A stretch of 64,000 nucleotides of DNA from Acutalibacteraceae bacterium (GCA_045649505.1 JAZRQA010000061.1:7235-71234); one strand, 5' to 3'. Numbered from the stretch's first letter, positions 17,131-27,637 are shown. Notes: generated from the sequence alone by a model not told the origin. Made by a program: numbers and translations.

Positions 17131-17924
17131 TATTTCCACCCCTTATTTCTCTTTAAAAATTCTTTTGCAAGGGCGTTGTACGCGTCAGTGCCCTTGGCGT
17201 GCTTATCATAATATTGTATCGGCATACCGTAGCTTGGTGCCTCAGATAGGCGCACACCTCGCGGAATTACCGTAGAGTAAAGCTTGTCCGCAAAGTAGCG
17301 TTTAATCTCGCTGACTACCTGCTGCGTCAGATTGAGGCGTCCGTCATACATCGTAAGCAGAACACCCTCAAGCTCCAGCGCGCTGTTATAAAGCCGCTTT
17401 ACCTGACGGATGGAGGATATAAGCTGACTCAGCCCTTCCATTGCATAATATTCGCATTGAATAGGCACCAAAACGGTGTCACTTGCGTTGAGCGCGTTTA
17501 TGGTTATAAGCCCAAGTGACGGAGGGCAGTCAATAAGAATAAAGTCATAGCTTTCCCTTACAACAAGTAATGCGCTTTTAAGCTTTTCGTGGCGGTTTTC
17601 TATATCAATAAGCTCTACCTCTGCACCTGCAAGGTCCATATTTGAGGGAACGACACTTACATTTTTGAACTTAGTTTCAATAACGGTGTCCTTAATAGAT
17701 GCTGAATTTATAAGCAGGTCGTAGGAGGATTTTTTGACATCTCTTTTATTTATCCCGTAACCGCTGGTGGAGTTTCCCTGAGGGTCAATGTCAACAAGCA
17801 GAACCTTTTTCCCTGCAAGACCGAGTCCCGCTGCAAGATTAACGGCAGAGGTGGTTTTGCCCACGCCGCCCTTCTGATTGACTATGGAAACTATCTTACC
17901 CAACTCGGATAACCCCCTTAACAT
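17130..17924 (-). CDS. parA: Chromosome partitioning ATPase ParA/Soj
   Basis: Deviant Walker A NQKGGVGKTT. The true start may be TTG at 17903 (LGKIVSIVNQKGG) behind AAGGGGG. Confidence 0.9.
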   Translation of the reverse strand: MLRGLSELGKIVSIVNQKGGVGKTTSAVNLAAGLGLAGKKVLLVDIDPQGNSTSGYGINKRDVKKSSYDLLINSASIKDTVIETKFKNVSVVPSNMDLAGAEVELIDIENRHEKLKSALLVVRESYDFILIDCPPSLGLITINALNASDTVLVPIQCEYYAMEGLSQLISSIRQVKRLYNSALELEGVLLTMYDGRLNLTQQVVSEIKRYFADKLYSTVIPRGVRLSEAPSYGMPIQYYDKHAKGTDAYNALAKEFLKRNKGWK

Positions 17925-18035
17925 ATACTATTAAATTATAGTACCATATAATAAGAAAAAAATCAACGAATAAAGCCATAAAATTTATAAATTTTAAGTT
18001 TTTAACCGTGTAGTATTTTCTCCTTTGCCACAACC

Positions 18036-18077
18036 AAAAGAAAAAGCCGTCACATTCTTTAATGTGCGGCTTTTTTT
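18036..18077 (-). terminator. Intrinsic terminator after the membrane-protein gene
   Basis: GCCG(t)CACATT-cttt-AATGTG(c)GGC hairpin flanked by A/T runs. On the minus strand it is followed by TTTTTCTTTT. Confidence 0.65.
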
Positions 18078-18079
18078 GT

Positions 18080-18934
18080 TTATTCGTCGGCATTGAGTAT
18101 TAAATCCTGTACCGAAAGCCCTGCGCCATCGTGACGCGGTGTGTAGAAGAATTTTGAAGGTGGTATATCCTTTATCCTGAAAACTGAGGTGCAAAGAATG
18201 AAAATTCCCATAAATAAGCAGGAGGGAATATACAGACTGCTTGAATGTATAAGCGCATCGTTTTCTGAAAGCATTGCTATGATTATGGGTATTACCTGTG
18301 TAAAAATTATAAGGCAGGCGGCAAGTGCGGTAGGGAGCACCTTTGCATTTATTTTCTCGGAATTCACCGAGTTTTGAATCTTGGCATACTGCATCATAAA
18401 TATAAGGCTTGCACAAAGTGAGGCAAGCTCAAATACGTTATCTGCAATAGTAGATACGCCCGAATAGGTGATAAACACAACTATAATACGGAAAAGAAAG
18501 AATACTGCCGGTATAATAAGGAAAATACCTGGTGCAGGCACAAGGCCTGAGAAGTAAATACCAAGCCACATAAACACAACGCAGCTTAGCACGCCGAATA
18601 TAGTCTGTAGCAGGTTTTGCCAAGGCATTGCAGAGCCGGAATAATCAACAAAAAGAGCCTCGGTTCCAATCGAAAGGCCAAGCAACACCGAAATGAAGGT
18701 GTTTACCGTGTTCAAAAAGGCGGGAGCCTTTGGGCGTGAACATTTAGCGGCAAAAACTATACAAAGAAGTATTGCGGATATAATTATTACCATCATACCG
18801 TAGGAAAAAACTTCATATCCCTTTTTAAAAAAGCCGCTGGAGGCTTCGGTGGTAAAGAAAATCATAAGTGTTCTCAGTGTTACTGAAACTGCCAGAGCAA
18901 GCGAGAAAAAAATCATTGTTTTTCTAAAATTCAT
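18080..18934 (-). CDS. Polytopic membrane protein of unknown function
   Basis: About 284 aa from MNFRKTMIFF, with 7-8 hydrophobic segments. No motif recognised. Confidence 0.5.
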   Translation of the reverse strand: MNFRKTMIFFSLALAVSVTLRTLMIFFTTEASSGFFKKGYEVFSYGMMVIIISAILLCIVFAAKCSRPKAPAFLNTVNTFISVLLGLSIGTEALFVDYSGSAMPWQNLLQTIFGVLSCVVFMWLGIYFSGLVPAPGIFLIIPAVFFLFRIIVVFITYSGVSTIADNVFELASLCASLIFMMQYAKIQNSVNSEKINAKVLPTALAACLIIFTQVIPIIIAMLSENDALIHSSSLYIPSCLFMGIFILCTSVFRIKDIPPSKFFYTPRHDGAGLSVQDLILNADE

Positions 18935-19043
18935 AACAAGTCCTTTCGTAACATAAATATTATTGAGCACAAAAATATTTTATCCCCAAACAAAGGAAAA
19001 GTCAATAGATATACGCTGTTCTTTACAAATCAAAGGAGTAATT

Positions 19044-19991
19044 ATGAAAAATGTATACCTTGCGGTGCTTGCCGCGCTTTTAGCTTCAATTCTGCTTATA
19101 CCTCTTATAGCGGTTGCTTCGCCCGTTAATAGTAACATACAAAATTCGCCGCAGCTATCACAAACGGCACAGGTGTGCCTTAAGATAACCGAAACGTCAG
19201 AAATAAAAAAAATAGATTTAGCCGATTATATTTTCGGTGCGGTTGCCGCCGAAATGCCCGCAAATTACAGCGAGGAAGCCTTAAAAAGTCAGGCGGTTGC
19301 CGCCTATACATTTTATCTTTTCAGAAAAGGCGAAAACTCAGCTAAAGGTTATGACATAACCGATTCGCATATTACCGATCAAGCATATTTAAACAGCGAT
19401 CAGTTAAAGAAAAAATGGGGAGATGCCTACGCGGCAAACTCTGAGAAAATAAAGTCGGCGGTTGCGTCGGTCTCAGGTATGGCGGTGACCTATCAGGGCA
19501 AGCCTATTTTAGCGGCTTACCACGCCATTTCCCCAGGGAAAACCCAGTCAGCCGCCGATGTGTGGGGCGGGGAATACCCCTACCTTACAGTGGTAGACAG
19601 TATAGGCGACCTACTATGCCCTGAGTATCTTAGTAGTGTTACCGTAAACGTGGATGAACTAAAAAAAGCGCTTAATGGCAAGGTTGAGTTTTCGGGCGAG
19701 GCAAAGAACTGGATAGGAAAAGCGGTTTCTAACTCAGGTGGCGGCGTAAAAACCATAAAAATATGCGGTACTGCCCTTGAGGGCAGTACCGTGCGTGATT
19801 TATTAAAATTAAGAAGCACATCCTTTGATGTTGCCTACAGTGCTGACAAAGGCTTTACCTTTACGGTACGCGGTTACGGTCACGGAGTGGGAATGAGCCA
19901 ATACGGAGCCAACTATATGGCGCTGCAGGGTAGCACGTATATGGAAATACTAAGCTGGTACTATCCGGGCTGTCAGCTTCAAAAGATTTAA
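19044..19991 (+). CDS. spoIID: Stage II sporulation protein D (SpoIID/LytB domain)
   Basis: Signal anchor, then SpoIID motifs (EALKSQAVAAYTF, AAYHAISPGKT, GHGVGMSQYGA). AGGAG lies upstream of ATG 19044. Confidence 0.85.
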   Translation: MKNVYLAVLAALLASILLIPLIAVASPVNSNIQNSPQLSQTAQVCLKITETSEIKKIDLADYIFGAVAAEMPANYSEEALKSQAVAAYTFYLFRKGENSAKGYDITDSHITDQAYLNSDQLKKKWGDAYAANSEKIKSAVASVSGMAVTYQGKPILAAYHAISPGKTQSAADVWGGEYPYLTVVDSIGDLLCPEYLSSVTVNVDELKKALNGKVEFSGEAKNWIGKAVSNSGGGVKTIKICGTALEGSTVRDLLKLRSTSFDVAYSADKGFTFTVRGYGHGVGMSQYGANYMALQGSTYMEILSWYYPGCQLQKI

Positions 19992-20001
19992 GCCGTAAAA
20001 T

Positions 20002-20544
20002 TTAAATATTGTCACTGCTAAGCAGTGAGCTGGCAATTATATTATAACCAAAGGGGCTGTTACCGTTTTGAGTAAACACCGTAACGCAGGTAACTTTATT
20101 GCCCGAATCAGCATCAATGGCGCAGGAGGTAACGGTTAAAACACCCGCCTCCTCTTTTATATTGGTAATGGTATGCCTAAAACTGATAAAGCCGCGGGGA
20201 ACAATATAAACAGCCCCCTCTTTTCTCTCAAACTGCGCATTTAATGTATCGTCACAGTAAACGGGTATACCATACATAGCATCAATAAAGGGGAAAAGCA
20301 CATCGACTGAAATATAATCCCCATCTCTGCTTTCAAGTAACGCAAGGCAGGAGTTGTTTATAACTGTGTGCATATCATCAAAATCATTGCCGTATAAATA
20401 GTTATGGTCAAGCATATTTGTAAGACGCGCGGTAAGGGCGTCTTGTTGAGTATTTAAAGCATCGCCAGAAGCCGCAAGACAGGTAAAACTGCTCAGCACA
20501 ATAAGCAACGCCATAAGTAATGTCGTGTAAAAACCTCGCTTCAT
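20002..20544 (-). CDS. Exported hypothetical protein
   Basis: 180 aa with an N-terminal signal peptide (LLMALLIVLSSFTCLAA). No recognised domain. Confidence 0.5.
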   Translation of the reverse strand: MKRGFYTTLLMALLIVLSSFTCLAASGDALNTQQDALTARLTNMLDHNYLYGNDFDDMHTVINNSCLALLESRDGDYISVDVLFPFIDAMYGIPVYCDDTLNAQFERKEGAVYIVPRGFISFRHTITNIKEEAGVLTVTSCAIDADSGNKVTCVTVFTQNGNSPFGYNIIASSLLSSDNI

Positions 20545-20732
20545 TTATCCCGCCTGCCCTTCGTTTTGATTTTAATTTATTATATATAATTTTTGCTAAA
20601 AAAAACACTTCATTTCAGTTACAATACGGTGTCAATGAGGTTACAATTTTTGCTTAAAAGATTACAGGCTTGAAACCTTTGTTTTGTTATATACATTATA
20701 CAAAAGCAAAACAATTTGTGCAAAATTATTAG

Positions 20733-20761
20733 TTGAAATCACAATATAGGTGTGATATAAT
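20733..20761 (+). promoter_or_regulatory. Sigma-A type promoter of the EF-G2 gene
   Basis: TTGAAA, 17-nt spacer, TATAAT. The spacer contains TCACA-N7-TGTGA. Confidence 0.5.
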
Positions 20762-20807
20762 ATGATACATACAAGGCTTAAAGCCTGCGGAATAGGAGTG
20801 GTTACAT

Positions 20808-22838
20808 ATGAAACCTGAAAAAATATTAAATATTGCATTGCTGGGTCACGCCGGTTCCGGTAAGACCACCTTGGCGGATGCGATTTTATGCTATGCAAAG
20901 GCTACCGACCGTATCGGCAAGATAGATGACAGTACAACTGTTATGGATTTTGATGCGGAGGAAAAGAAGCGTAAGGTTTCGGTTTCTACCTCGGTCTATT
21001 CATTCGATACTGCAGATAGGCATATAAACCTTATAGATGCCCCCGGTATGTTTGATTTTGCGGGCGGAGTTACCGAGGCGCTTGCCGCGGCAGATAGTGC
21101 GCTTATAGCAATTTCGGGCAAATCGGGTCTTACCGTTGGTGCCGAGTTGGCTTATGAAAAGGCGAGCGCGGCAAAAAAAGCAATAGCGTTTTTTGTTGGT
21201 AAGCTTAATTCTACCCATGCTCACTTTAACCGCGTTATTTCCTCCCTTACGGCGCGCTACGGTGCCGTTATCTGCCCCGTTGTTGTCCCCGTTATGGAGA
21301 GCGAATCGGTTGCCTGTTATGTAAACCTTATCGAAAACAAGGCATACGCGGTTGACGGACTTAACTTCCGTGAGTGCCCCTATACCGAGACACAGGATAT
21401 TGCAAATATGCGCGGAATTATGCTCGAAGCCGTTGCCTCGGTAAATGATGAGCTTATGGAAAAATATTTCGGCGGCGAGGAATTTACAACCGAAGAGATA
21501 ATCGGCGGTCTTGCCGCAGGTATAAAGGCAGGGGATATCTGTCCCGTGTTCTCGGGCGTTCAGCAAACGGGCGATGCCGTTGGCATTATGTGTGATATAT
21601 TAGCCAAAATAATGCCTGGAGCAGATAACCTTTATGTGCTTGACGGCGAGGAGGAAAAGAGTGTTACCGTCAGCGAGGATGATGCACCCTCCCTTTTTGT
21701 ATTCAAAACCGTTGCCGACCCCTTTGTAGGAAAGCTTTCCTATTTTAAGGTGCTGGGCGGAAAGATAACTGCCGATACAAGGCTTAAAAATGTGCGTACA
21801 GGCGAGGAAATGCGCCTTGCAAAGCTGCTCGTTCTTAAGGGCGGCAAGCAGTCAGATGTTCGTGAGCTTACTGCAGGTGATATCGGCGCCGCGCAGAAAC
21901 TCGGTGATGTTCTAACAGGGGATACATTGCGTGCCGCGGGCGGTGCGGTAGCTGCAGCTATGCAGTTTGACCGTCCTTGCCTGTCTGTTGCTGTATATCC
22001 GCAAAACAAGGGCGATGAGGAAAAAATTGCTCAGGGAATTGCCCGCCTCGCCGAGGAGGACAGAACAATTTCCTTTGCAACCGACCGCGAAACAAGGGAA
22101 CCAATACTCAGTGCTCTTGGTGAGCAGCATATAGATGTTATCCTGTCTAAGCTTAAAAGTAAATATGGCGTAACTGCCGTTACAAAGGAGCCTAAGGTTG
22201 CCTACCGCGAGAAGATAAGAAAGCCTGTTAAGGTACAGGGCAGATATAAAAAACAGTCGGGCGGTCACGGTCAGTTCGGTGATGTATGGATTGAGTTTGA
22301 GCCTTGTGAGAGTGACGATATGATATTTGAGGAGAAGGTGTTCGGCGGTGCTGTACCCAAGAATTTCTTCCCCGCAGTTGAAAAAGGTTTAAGAGATAGT
22401 GCGCAAAAGGGCGTTTTAGCGGGATTCCCCGTTGTAGGCCTTAAGGCAACCCTTGTTGACGGTTCTTATCACCCCGTTGACTCATCGGAAATGTCCTTTA
22501 AGATGGCGGCATCTGTTGCTTATAAGGAAGGTATTCCTCAGGCAAATCCCGTATTACTTGAGCCTATCGGTACGCTAAAGGTGCTGATTTGTGATGACAA
22601 CCTCGGTGATGTTATAGGTGATATAAACAAACGTCGCGGCAAGATAATCGGAATGAATCCTGCACAGAACAAAATGCAGGAGGTTGTCGGCGAGGTTCCC
22701 ATTGCCGAAATGGCAGATTTTGCAACAGCAATGCGCTCCATAACAGGCGGCAGAGCCACCTTTACGCTTGATTTTGAGCGATATGAGGAGGCACCTGCTC
22801 ATATATCTAAAAAGATAATTGAGGAAAACGCTCAATAG
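20808..22838 (+). CDS. Elongation factor G paralogue (EF-G2 type translational GTPase)
   Basis: G1 motif GHAGSGKTT (the EF-G2 form, as in Thermus EF-G-2), DAPG, and EF-G domains II-V (GKLSYFKVLGG, GGHGQFG). Confidence 0.85.
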   Translation: MKPEKILNIALLGHAGSGKTTLADAILCYAKATDRIGKIDDSTTVMDFDAEEKKRKVSVSTSVYSFDTADRHINLIDAPGMFDFAGGVTEALAAADSALIAISGKSGLTVGAELAYEKASAAKKAIAFFVGKLNSTHAHFNRVISSLTARYGAVICPVVVPVMESESVACYVNLIENKAYAVDGLNFRECPYTETQDIANMRGIMLEAVASVNDELMEKYFGGEEFTTEEIIGGLAAGIKAGDICPVFSGVQQTGDAVGIMCDILAKIMPGADNLYVLDGEEEKSVTVSEDDAPSLFVFKTVADPFVGKLSYFKVLGGKITADTRLKNVRTGEEMRLAKLLVLKGGKQSDVRELTAGDIGAAQKLGDVLTGDTLRAAGGAVAAAMQFDRPCLSVAVYPQNKGDEEKIAQGIARLAEEDRTISFATDRETREPILSALGEQHIDVILSKLKSKYGVTAVTKEPKVAYREKIRKPVKVQGRYKKQSGGHGQFGDVWIEFEPCESDDMIFEEKVFGGAVPKNFFPAVEKGLRDSAQKGVLAGFPVVGLKATLVDGSYHPVDSSEMSFKMAASVAYKEGIPQANPVLLEPIGTLKVLICDDNLGDVIGDINKRRGKIIGMNPAQNKMQEVVGEVPIAEMADFATAMRSITGGRATFTLDFERYEEAPAHISKKIIEENAQ

Positions 22839-22860
22839 GTGAGCACTAAAGAAAAAAACA

Positions 22861-22910
22861 AAAGCGTCGAGTACAATTAACTGTTTGTGCTCGACGCTTT
22901 TTCTTTTTTT
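22861..22910 (+). terminator. Intrinsic terminator
   Basis: AAAGCGTCGAG-N18-CTCGACGCTTT followed by a T-run. Confidence 0.75.
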
Positions 22911-22924
22911 TTACACTTTGTCCG

Positions 22925-22953
22925 TTCTAAAATCGGAAAATGGGACATACCTT
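22925..22953 (+). promoter_or_regulatory. Weak candidate sigma-E type promoter of spoIIIA
   Basis: CATACCTT (22946-22953) resembles the sigma-E -10 box CATACA-T. The upstream TTCTAAA is only a poor -35. Confidence 0.25.
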
Positions 22954-22981
22954 TTCTTAAGAGAAGAAAAGGAGGATAAAA

Positions 22982-23911
22982 ATGATAGAGATGAAAAATA
23001 CTGTAGGTTTTGACGGTGCGCTTTACGCTCTGCCTCCGAGGCTGTCAGGCGTGCTTATAAACCTCCCCGACGATGTAAAAAACAATGTTCAGGAGATTCG
23101 CTTAAGGCGCTCTTGTCCACTGACATTAACCCTTGCGGGTAGGTCTGTATGGATAAGAACTGACGGTACGATTTCGGTAAACTTAGATGATAAACTTTTA
23201 ATAGTTTATGACGAGGAGGTGGAAAGCTGCTTTCGCCTTTTGTGCCGCGGCTCGGTTTACTCGCACGAGGAGGAAATAAAAAACGGGTTTATACGAATGT
23301 ATTCAGGTCACCGCGCGGGTATATGCGGTAGAGTTGTAGGTTCAAATTTAAGTGATATTACCTCGGTGAACATACGTATCGCAAGACAGATTTTCGGTGC
23401 GGCGGACAGCATTATAAAAAGGTATGCGGGAGAGGGTTTGCTGATAGCAGGTGCGCCCGGTAGCGGTAAAACAACCGTACTTCGCGACCTTATCCGCCAG
23501 CTTTCCTGCGGTGTAACGGGCAAATTTTATAAAATAGCCGTAATAGATACAAGGGGTGAGCTTTCGGGAGCGGGAGCGCAGGGCACCGTAAATGATTTAG
23601 GCCCCGGTTGCGATATACTGCTTGATTGTGAAAAGGGTGAGGGACTTCAAATGGCGGTGCGAACCCTCGGCCCCGACCTTGTTGCATTTGATGAGATAGG
23701 TACTTCCGCCGAGCTTGAGGGTGTAAAGCAGGGAATACATACAGGCGTGGGGGTTATAACCACCGCCCATGCAGGAAGCATACAGGAGCTTATGTCGCGA
23801 GAGATTACAAGGGACTTGATATTAAGCGGTGCGGTGTCCACTGTTGTGTTCTTAAAGGGCGTTGGCGAGCCGCCCCTTATATACTCTGCCGCAACAAATC
23901 AGGCATCATGA
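22982..23911 (+). CDS. spoIIIAA: Stage III sporulation protein AA (ATPase)
   Basis: Walker A GAPGSGKTT, Walker B VAFDEIG. First gene of an 8-gene overlapping operon. Confidence 0.9.
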   Translation: MIEMKNTVGFDGALYALPPRLSGVLINLPDDVKNNVQEIRLRRSCPLTLTLAGRSVWIRTDGTISVNLDDKLLIVYDEEVESCFRLLCRGSVYSHEEEIKNGFIRMYSGHRAGICGRVVGSNLSDITSVNIRIARQIFGAADSIIKRYAGEGLLIAGAPGSGKTTVLRDLIRQLSCGVTGKFYKIAVIDTRGELSGAGAQGTVNDLGPGCDILLDCEKGEGLQMAVRTLGPDLVAFDEIGTSAELEGVKQGIHTGVGVITTAHAGSIQELMSREITRDLILSGAVSTVVFLKGVGEPPLIYSAATNQAS

Positions 23912-24354
23912 AAATGGTAGGACTTATTCTTATAGCTGTGAGTGCTGTGGCGGTAGGCTTCAAGGCGGCGGCAAGGCTTACCGCACGGCGCAGGGCACTG
24001 AGCACGTTACTGCTTGCCTTTAGCGAGATAGCAAGCCGTATACAGCTCAGGGAGGAGCGCAACATAATTCTCTCAAAGGTCTTTTCCGAGCCATTTACCG
24101 TTATACAGGGTGATGATACAACAATAAGTGTGACCTGCTCGGCTCTTGATAAGGGTGATAACGACCTACTTTGCGAGTTTACCCAAAAGCTCGGCCTCGG
24201 GGATGTTAACAGTCAGCTTGAACTGTGCAACGCTTACGGCGAGCTTATAAAAAAATGTATGGCCGATGCCGAGCATAAGGAGCGGCAAAAGGCGGGAATG
24301 TACCGCACCTGCGGTGTGCTTGCCGCGGCGGCGTTGGTGGTATTACTTATATAG
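23908..24354 (+). CDS. spoIIIAB: Stage III sporulation protein AB
   Basis: 148 aa with N- and C-terminal TM segments. ATGA overlap with AA. Position is conserved in the operon. Confidence 0.8.
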   Translation: MKMVGLILIAVSAVAVGFKAAARLTARRRALSTLLLAFSEIASRIQLREERNIILSKVFSEPFTVIQGDDTTISVTCSALDKGDNDLLCEFTQKLGLGDVNSQLELCNAYGELIKKCMADAEHKERQKAGMYRTCGVLAAAALVVLLI

Positions 24355-24362
24355 GTGAAAAA

Positions 24363-24557
24363 ATGGATGTAGATTTTATTTTCAGGGTCGCGGCAATAGG
24401 CATTATAGTAACGGTGCTTAACTTACTGCTTGTGCGCAGCGGCCGCGAGGAGCAGGCAATGCTCACTACCCTTGCAGGGCTTGTGGTAGTGCTTTTAATG
24501 ATAATAAACGTAATAGCACAGCTTTTTGATACCGTAAAAAGCGTGTTCGGTCTTTAG
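24363..24557 (+). CDS. spoIIIAC: Stage III sporulation protein AC
   Basis: 64 aa with two TM helices (IGIIVTVLNLLL..SGREEQA..). Confidence 0.85.
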   Translation: MDVDFIFRVAAIGIIVTVLNLLLVRSGREEQAMLTTLAGLVVVLLMIINVIAQLFDTVKSVFGL

Positions 24558-24559
24558 CT

Positions 24560-24946
24560 ATGGAGCTTTTTAAAATTTTATTCGTTTGCTTTATTGCCGC
24601 GGCACTGGCAGTATTGCTCAAACAGTACAAGGGCGAATATGCCTTTGCAATTTCGGTAGGTGCCGGGGTAACGGTGCTTATAACGGTGATAGAAAGACTT
24701 GTAGATGCATTTACAAAGACATATTCGGCGTTTGCCGCGGCAGGTATAGATACATATTATTTCACCGTGGTGCTTAAGGCTGTTGGTATAGGCTGGCTTA
24801 CGCGCTTTATCGCCGATACCTGTAGGGATTCGGGACTTGCATCTATTGCCTCAGGTGCCGAGCTGGCAGGCAGATGCGCAATATTTTTGCTGAGTCTGCC
24901 GTTGCTTTTAAAATTGATGGAAATTGCAAAACAAATACTTATATGA
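24560..24946 (+). CDS. spoIIIAD: Stage III sporulation protein AD
   Basis: 128 aa polytopic protein, paralogous to AC in style. Confidence 0.85.
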   Translation: MELFKILFVCFIAAALAVLLKQYKGEYAFAISVGAGVTVLITVIERLVDAFTKTYSAFAAAGIDTYYFTVVLKAVGIGWLTRFIADTCRDSGLASIASGAELAGRCAIFLLSLPLLLKLMEIAKQILI

Positions 24947-26055
24947 AAAAGATAATAGTTACTGCTATTCTTATTTTGGTCTTTGCGCTCCCTGTTTGCG
25001 CACAAGAAAATTTATATCAAAATCAGCTTGGAAACAGCGGTGCAAAGGAACTGGAGAAAATTTTGCCCGAGGGTGCGAAAGATATATTTGATGACCTTGA
25101 AATAGATATTAAAAACCCAAATATAGCGGACAAAATAACGGTGCAAAGTATTTTTAAAATCATTTCAAATTTTATAAAAAACGGCGGTAAGATACCCGCG
25201 CGCACAGGACTTTGCGTACTTGCGCTTATAATAATTGCCGCCGCCTTCTCCTCACTCGGAGCAGGCGGTGAAATAAGCGAAACGGCAGAGCTTGCCTGCA
25301 CCGCCGCGGTGGCAGTTTGCCTTCTTATTCCTGTATATAATTTTGTAGGAAGCACTGCCTCGGCTATGAAGGGCGCAGGCGTGTTTATGACGGGATTTGT
25401 TCCCATTTTTGCAGGAATAGTCACTATGAGCGGTGCTGTGGGCACATCAACAGTATCCAGCGTTACACTGCTTGCGGCGGCGCAGGGGCTCACTTGGTTT
25501 TCCGCCTTCGGTGTAGTGCCCGTAATGTGTGCATATCTGGCGGTATCGGGCTGTTGCGCCGTGTCGCCGCTTATGGGTAAAACCGGTATAAGCGAGTCGG
25601 TAAAAAAGCTTGCAATGTGGGTGCTTTCACTTATACTAACCGTGTTTTCGGGGGTAATGAGTCTGCAAACGATGTTAAGCGGTGCCGCCGACAGTATGGC
25701 TCTTAGGACGGGCAAGTTTTTAATAGGCTCGGCTTTACCGCTGGGTGGCTCAGCCATAGGCGAGGCGGTGAGTACTCTTGTAGGCTCTATGGGCGTACTT
25801 AAAAACACCGTTGGAATATATGCTATTATGGCTGTGGCGGTTTGTGTTATTCCGCTTTGTATAGAGCTGCTGCTATACCGCTTTTGGCTTTTTGTATCGG
25901 GCAGTGCGGCTGCCCTTTTCGGACAGACACGAATCACCTCGGTTATAAAGGCTGCGGATAGCGTTTTATCGGTTTTGGTAAGCCTTATACTTTTTACCGC
26001 GGCATTGTTTATTATATGTATAATCATAGTTGTAAAGGCAGGTGTCGCGGCGTGA
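24943..26055 (+). CDS. spoIIIAE: Stage III sporulation protein AE
   Basis: Signal peptide MKKIIVTAILILVFALPVCAQ followed by a polytopic domain. ATGA overlap with the AD stop. Confidence 0.85.
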   Translation: MKKIIVTAILILVFALPVCAQENLYQNQLGNSGAKELEKILPEGAKDIFDDLEIDIKNPNIADKITVQSIFKIISNFIKNGGKIPARTGLCVLALIIIAAAFSSLGAGGEISETAELACTAAVAVCLLIPVYNFVGSTASAMKGAGVFMTGFVPIFAGIVTMSGAVGTSTVSSVTLLAAAQGLTWFSAFGVVPVMCAYLAVSGCCAVSPLMGKTGISESVKKLAMWVLSLILTVFSGVMSLQTMLSGAADSMALRTGKFLIGSALPLGGSAIGEAVSTLVGSMGVLKNTVGIYAIMAVAVCVIPLCIELLLYRFWLFVSGSAAALFGQTRITSVIKAADSVLSVLVSLILFTAALFIICIIIVVKAGVAA

Positions 26056-26483
26056 ATAACCTAACGGGAGCCGCGCTGGGTATATGCACCGCCTTTGTGT
26101 TTATGGGTGCTGTTCAAATGATAGCTCCGGGCGGCGCAATGAAGAAAAGCATAAGCTACCTTTTGGGGCTTGCTTTTTTGGTTATAATTCTTATTAGTGC
26201 GCTTGCTATAGGCAAATTTGATATAAGCGTAAATGGCACATCACAGGTAGAAACCGAAAATATCCCCGCAATGGCAGGCGGCGCGGCAAAATATCTCTGC
26301 GAAAGTGCGCTTAAAAGTCACAATATAAGTTTTAAGAATATAACCGTAAATGCGGATATTTGTGAAGATGGGAGCATATCTATTATTAGAGTAAGGGTAG
26401 TATCCGCGCACTCTAAGGCTGAAATAGCCGCTGCGCTGGAAGGATTGGTGCCCGAATCTGAGCTGGAGGTTATAAATGAATGA
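26052..26483 (+). CDS. spoIIIAF: Stage III sporulation protein AF
   Basis: GTG 26052 forms a GTGA overlap with the AE stop. Two N-terminal TM segments. Confidence 0.75.
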   Translation: MNNLTGAALGICTAFVFMGAVQMIAPGGAMKKSISYLLGLAFLVIILISALAIGKFDISVNGTSQVETENIPAMAGGAAKYLCESALKSHNISFKNITVNADICEDGSISIIRVRVVSAHSKAEIAAALEGLVPESELEVINE

Positions 26484-27000
26484 GCGGCTAAAAGAAATTT
26501 TTTCAAAATTTAAAAAGGGTAAGGCGTTGCTTTTAATAGGCATTGTCGGAATTGTGCTCATAGGTGCCTCATCCTTTCTACCATCAAACAATACCTGTGC
26601 AAAAAATGAGAGTACGTCACTAGGTGCACAGGAATACTGTAGAGCTCTTGAGAAGAAAGTAAAAAACACCGTGAGCGCCATTACAGGCAGCGATGATGTA
26701 AACGTAGCAATAACCCTTGAAAGCGGCGTAAAATATTCCTATGCCGATGAGGTCGAGAACAACTCCACCGAAAAGGTTCAAAGCTCCGCTACCGACAAAA
26801 CCGACGAACTGAGAAGCAGTTACATAACCGTAAAGCTTGCCGACGGAAGCGAATCAGCATTGCTTATAACCGAGTTTATGCCTGAAATCCGCGGTGTTAC
26901 GGTGGTATGTGGGGGCAGTGATAGGGACGAGGAGATAGAAAATGCCGTTATAGCAATGCTGGGCATAACCTCCAGGCGTTTGTGCGTGGTAACTAAATAA
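26476..27000 (+). CDS. spoIIIAG: Stage III sporulation protein AG
   Basis: N-terminal TM segment and a C-terminal ring-forming region (MPEIRGVTVVCGG). Confidence 0.8.
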   Translation: MNERLKEIFSKFKKGKALLLIGIVGIVLIGASSFLPSNNTCAKNESTSLGAQEYCRALEKKVKNTVSAITGSDDVNVAITLESGVKYSYADEVENNSTEKVQSSATDKTDELRSSYITVKLADGSESALLITEFMPEIRGVTVVCGGSDRDEEIENAVIAMLGITSRRLCVVTK

Positions 27001-27021
27001 TTTATTCAGGAGGAAAACAAA

Positions 27022-27576
27022 TTGAAAAAGGGTAAGGTTTTTACTAAAAGTCAGATAGCACTTTGCGTAATGGTATTGGCTCTTGGCGCCGCGGTCTGGC
27101 TTAATATGAAATATTCATCAAGTCTTGAAACAACAAAGGATACGACATCGAAATATCTTGGTGATACTCAGTATGTGGGCAGCGTAAGTGACTCCTCTGC
27201 GGTGCAAACAGCGGGGAGCGCGCAGCAATCGGATTATTTCACTACGGCTAAGGCGCAAAGGCAACAGGCTTTAAAGGCGGCTCAGGAGCAGATTGACGAA
27301 ACGCTTAAAAGTGACTCGGCTACAGCCGAGGATAAAAAGGCAATGCAGGCGTTAAGTGCCGCACTTGCAAAGAGAATTGAGGCTCAAACAAACATTGAAA
27401 ATCTTCTAAAGGCGAAGGGCTTTGATGAGGCACTTGCGGTTATTAGCGATGATTCGGTCGATATAGTGGTTCGAAGCGACGGGCTTTTGGCGAGCGAAAC
27501 CCTGCAAATACAGGAAATTGCCGTAGCACAGAGCGGTGCAAAGCTTAGTGATATAAAAATTATTCCCGTAAAATAG
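27022..27576 (+). CDS. spoIIIAH: Stage III sporulation protein AH
   Basis: TTG start behind AGGAGG. N-terminal TM segment, Q/A-rich coiled region, C-terminal YscJ/FliF-like domain. Confidence 0.8.
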   Translation: MKKGKVFTKSQIALCVMVLALGAAVWLNMKYSSSLETTKDTTSKYLGDTQYVGSVSDSSAVQTAGSAQQSDYFTTAKAQRQQALKAAQEQIDETLKSDSATAEDKKAMQALSAALAKRIEAQTNIENLLKAKGFDEALAVISDDSVDIVVRSDGLLASETLQIQEIAVAQSGAKLSDIKIIPVK

Positions 27577-27637
27577 TTGTGTTCTTGAAAGTTTTGTGTT
27601 ATACTAAATTAAAACAGAGCAAAAACCTTTTGAAAGG

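Noticed and set aside
25023-26027. 334-aa ORF on the minus strand
   Set aside because: It is entirely antisense to spoIIIAE. Its Ser/Ala/Pro/Thr-rich low-complexity translation is typical of a shadow ORF opposite a hydrophobic membrane-protein gene, and it has no RBS.
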